Positions 36,081-44,193 of a stretch of DNA of 64,000 nt are shown piece by piece. The stretch spans positions 694,579 to 758,578 of the forward strand of contig MFJV01000001.1 of NCBI GenBank assembly GCA_001780985.1. The letters are read 5' to 3'. Numbering within the stretch: the stretch's first letter is position 1; every line of letters begins with the position of its first letter. Under the pieces are notes generated by a model. The model was not told the origin of the DNA and did no database searches. It was given only the letters and a program-made list of their open reading frames with translations. The position numbers were made by a program, and so were the translations under genes. The stretch is from Candidatus Gottesmanbacteria bacterium RIFCSPLOWO2_01_FULL_43_11b. Its GTDB lineage: Bacteria > Patescibacteriota > Microgenomatia > UBA10105 > UBA927.

Positions 36081-36220
36081 TCGTAAAACGCAAAGCTGGG
36101 TATTTTGTGCTTTCGGAAAAGACCAAACGGAACCTTGGTGGACCGTATAAGACGAAAGAGGAAGCAGTCAAGAGACTGCGGCAGGTTGAGTTCTTCAAAT
36201 CATTGCGTCGCCGCCCATAG
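36077..36220 (+). CDS. hypothetical small basic protein (47 aa, below the ORF-track cutoff)
   Basis: MIVKRKAGYFVLSEKTKRNLGGPYKTKEEAVKRLRQVEFFKSLRRRP. It is translationally coupled to the upstream ORF. Confidence 0.3.
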   Translation: MIVKRKAGYFVLSEKTKRNLGGPYKTKEEAVKRLRQVEFFKSLRRRP

Positions 36221-36394
36221 ATGCCCCAGAATAGATACGGTTATAAATGCAACACCCCAACGAACCGGATGTGATCCAGCCAATGGATAGGTAAGTATAA
36301 ATCCGACGCCAACTCCGCCCAAAAAGTGAACCCACGAACTAAAACTTGGATTTTTGCTGAAATATTTGAGCATACGTTTATAGCTTTTTTCCAT
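36200..36394 (-). CDS. hypothetical small membrane protein (64 aa)
   Basis: SWVHFLGGVGVGFILTYPLAG...VAFITVSILGHLW gives two TM segments. SD GGGAGGTGAT upstream. Confidence 0.35.
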   Translation of the reverse strand: MEKSYKRMLKYFSKNPSFSSWVHFLGGVGVGFILTYPLAGSHPVRWGVAFITVSILGHLWAATQ

Positions 36395-36639
36395 TATGAA
36401 ATCACCTCCCTTTTTAAGTCTACCATACTTGACACAAACCTTCGGTTCCTTTAGGCTGGATATTAGGAACTTATATGATGATGACTGCCCATCTTGCTCC
36501 CCTTTTGCCTACGCTTATCTACGTTTCTACGCTTGGTCGTCCCCGCACCGCTGTACTCTTACTTTTTCTTTTCGCATTCAATGCAATTCGTGTGTGGTTA
36601 CAAAATCATTTGTAAAAATTGTAAAGGAGGTGATATAGC

Positions 36640-36840
36640 ATGAAAATGAAAGAAATTGACTGGATCGCATGGACATTTGTGGTTATTGGAGCGCTCAACT
36701 GGGGACTTGTGGGTGCTTTCCGACTTGATTTGGTACAAACAATTCTCGGTACAAGTCCTGGGCTCGTACAGCTTGTCTACATATTGATTGGATTGTCAGG
36801 ACTCTACACGCTTTACAAGATGAGCTTGATGAAAAAGTGA
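36640..36840 (+). CDS. DUF378 family small membrane protein
   Basis: WIAWTFVVIGALNWGLVGAF. SD AAGGAGGTGA 7 nt upstream. Confidence 0.65.
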   Translation: MKMKEIDWIAWTFVVIGALNWGLVGAFRLDLVQTILGTSPGLVQLVYILIGLSGLYTLYKMSLMKK

Positions 36841-36947
36841 GAAAGAGAGTAAGATAGAAAGATAGAAAAACAAAACTACAAATACTGGGAACCTCTCCTA
36901 TGTGGGAGGGGTTTCCATTTTTGTAACTGTAAGGTACTATACACCAT

Positions 36948-37478
36948 GTGAAGAAACTACTTTTAGTTTTTGCTCACACAATCGACGAATCTTTTTTTGT
37001 GGGGGCAATGGAGGCTAAATACGAGAAAATAGGTTGGCAGATTGAACGCATCATTGCGGAAACCTCACTTGGATTCAACGAGGGCACACTTTCCAAGCAA
37101 CACCCGGGTGAAGTTGAAGAGCCGGTTTACCGGAAAATGGTTGAGTTTGTCCCTGATTTGGTCGTCACTTTTGAGCCATTTGGTATTACCAATAACCCGG
37201 ATCACAAAAAAATATCACGGGCAACTACGTTTGCATTTCAGAAATATGCAAAACGAGCAAATAATCCAAAGCTCTATTATGTTTGTCTGCCGAAATCGCA
37301 GAATATCTACTTACGAAAAAATAAAATCACCCCGACTGAACCTCTGGATAAGTCATGGGTAGGAACTGAGGATAAAAAGATAACAGCAGTTATTGACGGA
37401 GAGTACTTTTATTTGCGAATGAATGGCACCAAAGAAGCATTTATGGGCAAACTCGATAAAGTTTCTGATAAATTATGA
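36948..37478 (+). CDS. PIG-L/LmbE family deacetylase-like protein
   Basis: The N-terminal LLVFAHTIDE is a variant of AHPDDE. A later NPDH motif is present. Confidence 0.55.
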   Translation: MKKLLLVFAHTIDESFFVGAMEAKYEKIGWQIERIIAETSLGFNEGTLSKQHPGEVEEPVYRKMVEFVPDLVVTFEPFGITNNPDHKKISRATTFAFQKYAKRANNPKLYYVCLPKSQNIYLRKNKITPTEPLDKSWVGTEDKKITAVIDGEYFYLRMNGTKEAFMGKLDKVSDKL

Positions 37479-38272
37479 AATTAACATTACTACATTTACA
37501 AGCCTTCGTTTCAGATAAACAAATAATTCATAATGTATCTCTGACACTACAATCAGGCGAGATACATGCCGTAATGGGACCGAATGGGAGCGGAAAATCA
37601 ACGCTTGCCTACGCACTGATGGCCCATCCCTCGTATAGAGTAAAAGGAAAAATAATTCTCAATAACAAAGAAATTACGAAATATTCAACAGAAGAAAGGG
37701 CAAAAAGAGGAATTTTTATGGCATTGCAGTCTCCCATTGCTATCCCGGGAGTAACGGTAATAAATTTACTTCGTACTTCATACCAAGAGCTTCATGGTTC
37801 GACAAGCTCACCACAAGTTCAAAACAAGCGTCCTATCCAAAATCCACTTTTGTCAAGGAGATGGAAAGCGGCAAAAATAACGCTTTCTGAATTTACTGAC
37901 ACTTTGAGAGATCATGCAAAGGCATTACATATCGATGAGTCATTTTTGTCCCGCGGAATAAATGACGGATTCTCCGGGGGAGAGAAAAAGAAAATGGAGA
38001 TGCTCCAGGCACTTACGCTGCAACCAAAATTTGCCATTTTTGATGAAATCGATACGGGATTGGATGTTGATGCGCTTAAAACTGTAGCGTATGGCATTGA
38101 ATCCCTCAAAAAGAAGGGGGTAGGGATTCTTATCATTACGCACTATCAAAGAATTTTGAAATATCTCAAACCTGATTATGTCCATGTACTTGTTGACGGA
38201 AAAATTGTCAAAAGTGGTAAAGCGGTTTTGGCTGAAAAAATAGAAAGTGAAGGGTACGATGCGTATCGGTAA
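37475..38272 (+). CDS. sufC: Fe-S cluster assembly ATPase SufC
   Basis: Walker A GPNGSGKST, the signature FSGGEKKK, and D-loop ILDEIDTGLDVDAL. Confidence 0.9.
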   Translation: MKLTLLHLQAFVSDKQIIHNVSLTLQSGEIHAVMGPNGSGKSTLAYALMAHPSYRVKGKIILNNKEITKYSTEERAKRGIFMALQSPIAIPGVTVINLLRTSYQELHGSTSSPQVQNKRPIQNPLLSRRWKAAKITLSEFTDTLRDHAKALHIDESFLSRGINDGFSGGEKKKMEMLQALTLQPKFAIFDEIDTGLDVDALKTVAYGIESLKKKGVGILIITHYQRILKYLKPDYVHVLVDGKIVKSGKAVLAEKIESEGYDAYR

Positions 38273-40706
38273 ATATACATACGGGTTTCGTAAACCTGAA
38301 AACTATGTGTTTAAATCCAAAAAAGGATTAAACAACAGTGTTGTTGATGAAATAAGTTGGCGTAAAAATGAACCCTCTTGGATGCGGGAGTTTCGACAGA
38401 AAAGTCTTGCGATATTCCAACGAAAACAATTACCGACATGGGGAGCGGATCTTTCTGTCATTAATTTCGATGATATTTTTTACTACATAAAACCAACTAA
38501 GGGTAATGTGTCATCATGGAGTGATTTACCTGCTGAAATTAAAGATACCTATGACAGAATTGGCATTCCGGAGGCTGAAAAAAGATTCCTCGCCGGAGTA
38601 TCAGCTCAATATGAGAGCGAGGTTGTCTATAAAAGTATCCAAGATACGCTTCGCAAAAAGGGCGTAATTTTCCTTGACATGGATTCCGGCCTCCGTGAAT
38701 ACGGAGAGATTGTGAAGCAATACTTCGGGACAATCATACCTCCCGGTGATAATAAATTTGCATCATTAAATAGCGCAGTGTGGTCGGGGGGGTCGTTTGT
38801 CTATGTACCTGCGGGAGTCCATGTGGAACTACCGCTTCAGGCATACTTTCGGATTAATGCTGCCAACATGGGACAGTTTGAGCGTACCCTGATAATTGCA
38901 GAAGAGGGAAGCTACGTGCATTATGTTGAAGGGTGTTTACCCGCAGGTGAACAAGTGAGTACGAGGGATCAGTGGGTGAATATTGAATCAGTTCAGCCAA
39001 AAGATATGATTATCGGCGATGACGGCAAGTTACATAAAGTACGCGCACTCATGACTCGTCGATATCATGGTCGGATGCTTACTATATGTCCAATATCTCC
39101 TTATAACAGTTTTCAAATAACACCAGAACATCCGGTATTAACTATTAAACGGTCAAACGTTGGTCGGCGAATACGATATGGCTGGCTTTCCGAGGTGAGT
39201 TCTGTTTCTTTATTGAAACAAGAACCAACTTATATTCCAGCGGATAAATTAGAACGTGGTGATTTTATTGTATTTCCCAAAACACAACCCACAATGATAA
39301 GTTCTTTAAGTGATAATGATTGTGCGTTACTGGGTTTTTATTTGGCAGAAGGTTCTACCTATATACATAAGACACTCAAGCAACCGGTGGTCAGTTTTTC
39401 TTGTGGAGAAACAGAAAAAAAATTTATTGGAGACATATATCGTTTAACAGAATGGAAGTCGGGAAAGAAACCGATGCTGATACACGACCGTAGTAAACAT
39501 GCAGTCGAGGTTAGGGTATATTCAAATTCACTTCGCGAATTTGTTTTAAAACACTGTGGTAAAGGAGCTGCGACAAAGATATTAAGTTCCGAAGTCATGT
39601 CTTTATCGGGTAGAAAATTGGAATTGTTTTTGGATAGTTATTGGAGGGGTGATGGAAACGTATTGAAAAGAGTCGGCAGTACGCTCATGCGAGCTTCTAC
39701 TGCGTCAGAAAGGCTTGCTCAACAATTACAGAAACTACTTTCTCACATTGGTGTCTATGCAAGTATTCAAGTTCGTAAAGCAGGGAAGGATACGATTGAA
39801 GGAAGAAGAATTTATCGGAAAACGCAATATATAGTTGTTTATACGCCGAATAAAAAATGGACTAAAGTGCGTGATGCAGGTAATTATTTTTTGGTTCCAA
39901 TAGAACGTATTGACACAAGACCATTTGATGGTCCCGTGTTCAATTTAGATGTTGAAGCATGTCAGTCATATCTCGTTCGCGGATTTGCGGTGCATAATTG
40001 TACCGCCCCCATCTACTCAACTGATTCACTCCACGCTGCCGTTGTAGAGATTATCGTAAAACCGCGAGCAAGAGTACGATATACAACGATTCAAAACTGG
40101 AGTACAAACGTCTTTAACCTCGTTACCAAGCGTGCCCGTGTTGAAGAAGAAGGAATAATGGAGTGGGTCGACGGAAATTTAGGAAGTAAAATCACCATGA
40201 AATACCCAAGCGTTTATCTTATGGGAAGAAAAGCCCGCGGTGAAGTACTCTCGATTGCCTATGCAGGAAAGAATCAACACCAAGATGCTGGCGGGAAAGC
40301 CATACACATAGCCCCAGAAACGTCATCACAAATTATCTCAAAGTCAATAAGTCACGGCGGGGGGAGAACATCCTATCGCGGTCTCGTCCAGGTTTATCCG
40401 AACGCGAAAAACGTGAAAAGTAAAGTTGTTTGTGATGCGCTTATTCTTGATGAAAAAAGTCGATCAGATACATATCCAACCATGAAAATTGATAACAAGG
40501 ATGTGCAAATTGAACACGAAGCAACGGTTTCAAAAATTGGTGATGAACAGCTCTTTTACCTTGAAAGCCGCGGGTTATCAAAATCACTTGCACAATCAAT
40601 GATAGTCAACGGATTTATAGAACCGATAGTGAAAGAATTACCTTTGGAATATGCAGTTGAAATGAACAGACTCATTGAACTGCAGATGGAAGGATCTGTC
40701 GGATGA
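38259..40706 (+). CDS. sufB: Fe-S cluster assembly protein SufB, interrupted by an in-frame intein (precursor 816 aa, mature extein about 461 aa)
   Basis: The extein matches SufB through ...ERTLIIAEEGSYVHYVEG and resumes CTAPIYSTDSLHAAVVEI... to the C-terminal LPLEYAVEMNRLIELQMEGSVG. The junction aligns with E. coli YIEG-CSAP. The start is ATG 38259 or GTG 38247. Confidence 0.9.
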   Translation: MRIGKYTYGFRKPENYVFKSKKGLNNSVVDEISWRKNEPSWMREFRQKSLAIFQRKQLPTWGADLSVINFDDIFYYIKPTKGNVSSWSDLPAEIKDTYDRIGIPEAEKRFLAGVSAQYESEVVYKSIQDTLRKKGVIFLDMDSGLREYGEIVKQYFGTIIPPGDNKFASLNSAVWSGGSFVYVPAGVHVELPLQAYFRINAANMGQFERTLIIAEEGSYVHYVEGCLPAGEQVSTRDQWVNIESVQPKDMIIGDDGKLHKVRALMTRRYHGRMLTICPISPYNSFQITPEHPVLTIKRSNVGRRIRYGWLSEVSSVSLLKQEPTYIPADKLERGDFIVFPKTQPTMISSLSDNDCALLGFYLAEGSTYIHKTLKQPVVSFSCGETEKKFIGDIYRLTEWKSGKKPMLIHDRSKHAVEVRVYSNSLREFVLKHCGKGAATKILSSEVMSLSGRKLELFLDSYWRGDGNVLKRVGSTLMRASTASERLAQQLQKLLSHIGVYASIQVRKAGKDTIEGRRIYRKTQYIVVYTPNKKWTKVRDAGNYFLVPIERIDTRPFDGPVFNLDVEACQSYLVRGFAVHNCTAPIYSTDSLHAAVVEIIVKPRARVRYTTIQNWSTNVFNLVTKRARVEEEGIMEWVDGNLGSKITMKYPSVYLMGRKARGEVLSIAYAGKNQHQDAGGKAIHIAPETSSQIISKSISHGGGRTSYRGLVQVYPNAKNVKSKVVCDALILDEKSRSDTYPTMKIDNKDVQIEHEATVSKIGDEQLFYLESRGLSKSLAQSMIVNGFIEPIVKELPLEYAVEMNRLIELQMEGSVG
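38934..39998 (+). mobile_element. intein (355 aa) with LAGLIDADG homing-endonuclease domain inside sufB
   Basis: It begins with Cys (CLPAGEQV...) and ends ...GFAVHN, followed by the +1 Cys (CTAP). A LAGLIDADG motif LLGFYLAEGS lies inside. Length 1065 nt, in frame. Confidence 0.85.
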
Positions 40707-41305
40707 AAAATTTGGTTATCGTTGACGTGAATCGTACACCTAAAAAAACGTTTGTTGTTTCCAACAAACACGCAGTGTTTGTTATCATCGCCCGATTTCC
40801 AAAAGTTAAGGAAGCAACATATCGTATATCACTTAGGGGCAAGGGAGCACACGCAATGATTATCGGACTAATTATGGGATCCAAAAATGATTTTATATTG
40901 CATACGCTTCAAGAACATAAAGCACCGGAAACTACGAGCGATCTTTTAGTCAAAGCAGTTCTACTGGATAACGCCAGGTTTTCATACGACGGTGTTATTC
41001 GGGTTGAAAAAAGAGCGCAAAAAACAGATGCATACCAAAGGAACGAAAACTTACTGCTTTCTGATTCTTCTTTCGCCAGAAGCGACCCAACACTCGAGAT
41101 TTTGGCCAATGACGTACGCTGTACACACGGAGCGACAATTGGGAAAATTTCAGAAGACGAATTATGGTATCTTGCTTCCCGCGGAATTTCAAACACGATG
41201 GGAAGAAAGTTAATAGCAGAAGGGTTTTTAGAAAGCGCAATCATGCGTATTTCTGATACAATAGCGGCACAAAGCATACGAAAAAGACTATGGATGACTT
41301 TGTGA
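40703..41305 (+). CDS. sufD: SufD-like protein (truncated, about 200 aa, SufB/D C-terminal core only)
   Basis: DGVIRVEKRAQKTDAYQRNENLLL...EILANDVRCTHGATIGKISEDELWYLASRGI. It overlaps the sufB stop as ATGA. Confidence 0.75.
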   Translation: MKNLVIVDVNRTPKKTFVVSNKHAVFVIIARFPKVKEATYRISLRGKGAHAMIIGLIMGSKNDFILHTLQEHKAPETTSDLLVKAVLLDNARFSYDGVIRVEKRAQKTDAYQRNENLLLSDSSFARSDPTLEILANDVRCTHGATIGKISEDELWYLASRGISNTMGRKLIAEGFLESAIMRISDTIAAQSIRKRLWMTL

Positions 41306-41601
41306 AGGTTGCGACAGTCGCGGAGATTCCAGTCGGTCGTATGAAGACCGTTATGGTAGGAGGAAAGCGCGTTGCTGTTGCCAATGTCGACGGAGAATTC
41401 TTTGCAATTGATGATGTCTGTAGCCATGAGGAATGTTCTCTCGGATCTGAAGGATATTTGGATGGTAATGTCGTCATCTGTGGCTGTCACGGCTCGAATT
41501 TTGACGTAACTACAGGAAAAGTACTGTCACTTCCGGCTCCCACAGATGTTACAAGTTACCAGACAAAAGTAGAAAACGGCAATATATTTGTAAAATTATG
41601 A
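41290..41601 (+). CDS. Rieske [2Fe-2S] domain protein
   Basis: CSHEECSL...CGCHGSNF is the CxH...CxxH Rieske motif. Confidence 0.8.
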   Translation: MDDFVKVATVAEIPVGRMKTVMVGGKRVAVANVDGEFFAIDDVCSHEECSLGSEGYLDGNVVICGCHGSNFDVTTGKVLSLPAPTDVTSYQTKVENGNIFVKL

Positions 41602-42749
41602 ATGTTAGGGCCGATTTTCCGCAACTAACGAGATTTATTAACGGCAAACCTATTGTCTATCTTGACTCGACCGCCACATCTCTCAAGCCTCGGTCCGTAA
41701 TCGACAAAATCAACGAGTACTATACCCAATATACAGCCAATGTATTCAGGGGTATTTACACGACGAGTGAGGAAGCAACAAGTGAGTATGAAAAGGCACG
41801 AGAGAAAGTAGCTACTTTTATTCATGCAACGCCTCATGAAATTGTGTTCACACGAAGTACAACAGAATCCCTAAACCTTCTAGCGTACAGTTTACATCCC
41901 AAGGAGGTTGTTGCTTCAATTTTGGAGCACCATTCGAATTTTGTTCCATGGCAGCAACTATCCTATTTAACCGTGTGGGATCCCGAGAAACCAATTGATT
42001 CCGTTATGACAAATAAAACAGATATATTTGCAATAACAGCAGTTTCAAATGTAACAGGAATAATAATGCCGATTAAAGATATTGTCCGGACGGTCAAAGG
42101 AATTAATCCCAAATGCTTGATTGTTGTGGATGCTGCTCAAGCTGTTCCCCATATGCCTGTTGATGTTGCTGATTGGGGTGCGGATTTTGTCGCGTTTTCC
42201 AGCCATAAAATGCTGGGGCCTACCGGAGTTGGTGTTTTGTGGGGCCGGCGGCAGCTTTTAGAGGAAATGAAACCGTTTAACTACGGGGGAGAGATGATTA
42301 GCGAGGTTCATGTTGATCGAACGGTTTTTAAAGAACCGCCTCATAAGTTTGAAGCGGGAACGCCCCACATAGCGGGAGTCATCGGTTTGGGAGCTGCTGT
42401 TGACTACTTAACCAAACTAGGTATGGACAATGTACGTAAACACGAAGAAGAGCTTGTTTCCTATGCGATAAAAAAATTTAAAGAGGTACGCGGGTTACGT
42501 TTTGTGGGGCCGGATATTCGCTCTGGAGTTTTTGCATTCACCATGGAGAAAGTCCACCCGCATGATATTGCGCAAATTCTCAATGAAGATAATATTTTTG
42601 TACGGGCAGGAAATCACTGCGCCATGCCGCTCCACGAACACCTCGGTATTGTTGCAACGGCAAGAGCATCATTCTACGTTTATACAACAAAAGAGGATAT
42701 TGACGCCCTCATACTTGGTTTACAAAAAATTCAAAAACTTTTTTCTTAA
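41598..42749 (+). CDS. sufS: cysteine desulfurase SufS (aminotransferase class V)
   Basis: The PLP lysine region FSSHKMLGPTGVGVLWG and the active-site Cys loop (AGNHCA). Confidence 0.9.
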   Translation: MNVRADFPQLTRFINGKPIVYLDSTATSLKPRSVIDKINEYYTQYTANVFRGIYTTSEEATSEYEKAREKVATFIHATPHEIVFTRSTTESLNLLAYSLHPKEVVASILEHHSNFVPWQQLSYLTVWDPEKPIDSVMTNKTDIFAITAVSNVTGIIMPIKDIVRTVKGINPKCLIVVDAAQAVPHMPVDVADWGADFVAFSSHKMLGPTGVGVLWGRRQLLEEMKPFNYGGEMISEVHVDRTVFKEPPHKFEAGTPHIAGVIGLGAAVDYLTKLGMDNVRKHEEELVSYAIKKFKEVRGLRFVGPDIRSGVFAFTMEKVHPHDIAQILNEDNIFVRAGNHCAMPLHEHLGIVATARASFYVYTTKEDIDALILGLQKIQKLFS

Positions 42750-42752
42750 CCC

Positions 42753-43115
42753 ATGGATCTCTATAGAGAAGAAATACTTGATCACTATAAGCATCCCCGG
42801 AATTTCGGACACCTTTCCGGAGCAAATATCACATCGGAGGAAATGAACCCAAGTTGCGGTGATCGCGTAATGATCGAGATTGCTGTTTCTGATCAGGAAA
42901 TTGCCGATATTCGTTTTTCCGGCCAGGGATGCGCAATAAACCAAGCGTCAGCATCGATGCTGACAGAGAAAGTGAAGGGCATGAAAATCTCTGATATTAT
43001 GAAATTAACCCTTTATGACGTGGAAAAACTTTTAGGAACGACGCTCACTCCATCGCGAGTTAAATGTGCACTGCTTCCTCTCGAAGCAATTCAAAAGGCA
43101 GTTTATGGACAATAA
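42753..43115 (+). CDS. sufU: SUF system Fe-S scaffold SufU (NifU-like)
   Basis: NPSCGDRV, GQGCAINQAS and KCALL are the three Cys ligands. Confidence 0.85.
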   Translation: MDLYREEILDHYKHPRNFGHLSGANITSEEMNPSCGDRVMIEIAVSDQEIADIRFSGQGCAINQASASMLTEKVKGMKISDIMKLTLYDVEKLLGTTLTPSRVKCALLPLEAIQKAVYGQ

Positions 43116-43359
43116 TGATCCAAAAGTAATCCGGAAGATTCGGAAATGGACAATGAGAATTGATCGAGGGCTATGTATCGGAGCAGCAACATGTATAGCT
43201 CTAGCTCCCAAAGCATGGGCGCTTGATGATGAGGCAAAAGCAATTATTCTTGATACTGCAAGTGAGGAAACAGATGATACACTTCTTGAAGCTGCAAAAG
43301 GATGTCCGGTCATGGCCATTTTCATTACAGACGAAATAGGCAAACAAATTTACCCCTGA
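43105..43359 (+). CDS. small ferredoxin-like protein with only three Cys (CIGAATC...CP)
   Basis: MRIDRGLCIGAATCIALAP...GCPVMAI. Versus 4Fe ferredoxins it has Ala at the second and fourth ligand positions. The start is Met 43105 or Met 43153. Confidence 0.55.
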   Translation: MDNNDPKVIRKIRKWTMRIDRGLCIGAATCIALAPKAWALDDEAKAIILDTASEETDDTLLEAAKGCPVMAIFITDEIGKQIYP

Positions 43360-44114
43360 TGTATCTCTAATAGGTAATTTCGAAATCCTCCGGGTCTAGA
43401 AAAGGCAATGATATGTGAAATACCATGATTAACTGCATACATCATTGCTTCTTCAATTACAAATCGGGCCGGTTTGAATGGTTCAGTGTGTCGAATAACC
43501 ATTCCTGGTGAAAGTTTTTGATATTCCATCGTAATGTTAAATCCCATAGCGTTATAGTCTTCAAGCCTACTGTAGGGAAGAATTTTTCCAACATGTGCAC
43601 CATGAGAAAGCCCGCCTTTCGGATCTTCATGAAAGCGTAATACATAATCTCGGTGAGAGTATGCGTAGTTATCAATGAGTATTTCTGCTATACCGTGGAG
43701 CATTATTTCTAGCGGATCACTAAGGAGGCGGGGTGGTTCAGGAATTTTTGTGGTCGATACGGTAACTGCAAAAGGAACAAGTATTGAACCTCGATCATTA
43801 AAATTGTTTAAAGTATTTTCATCTGTTGCGTTTCTGTATGTCGTTGCACTTTCAAATTGATCACTTGACATGCGGTTACACGCAAGTGTGGCGATAAGAT
43901 TTTTATCCTGAAACGCAGCAAAAACAAGGCCATTTTGAGCCCATTGACTCGGTATGTCATGAGTAATTCCTAATTCTTTTGGCCAGTATCTGTTGTGCAA
44001 TTCTGTAATTTTTTTAAAGAGATCAGTCTCTCCTTTTTCGAGGATGCGCGTGACAAGTTGAGATTCCCTCGACTCAGTTAAAGGGAGTGTTTCTGATTTT
44101 TGGGGAAGCGCCAT
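43350..44114 (-). CDS. hypothetical protein (254 aa)
   Basis: An open frame with no recognised motifs. It is divergent from korA. Confidence 0.45.
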   Translation of the reverse strand: MALPQKSETLPLTESRESQLVTRILEKGETDLFKKITELHNRYWPKELGITHDIPSQWAQNGLVFAAFQDKNLIATLACNRMSSDQFESATTYRNATDENTLNNFNDRGSILVPFAVTVSTTKIPEPPRLLSDPLEIMLHGIAEILIDNYAYSHRDYVLRFHEDPKGGLSHGAHVGKILPYSRLEDYNAMGFNITMEYQKLSPGMVIRHTEPFKPARFVIEEAMMYAVNHGISHIIAFSRPGGFRNYLLEIHQG

Positions 44115-44193
44115 ATATTAGGACAGGCAGAGGGCTATTGTAGCACGAATTATTCAGCTGGAAAAACCTATCTTTATCTGTTAGCGTAGAACT

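Noticed and set aside
40909-41490. 193-aa ORF on the minus strand opposite sufD and Rieske
   Set aside because: It overlaps two conserved suf genes on the other strand and has no recognisable domain.
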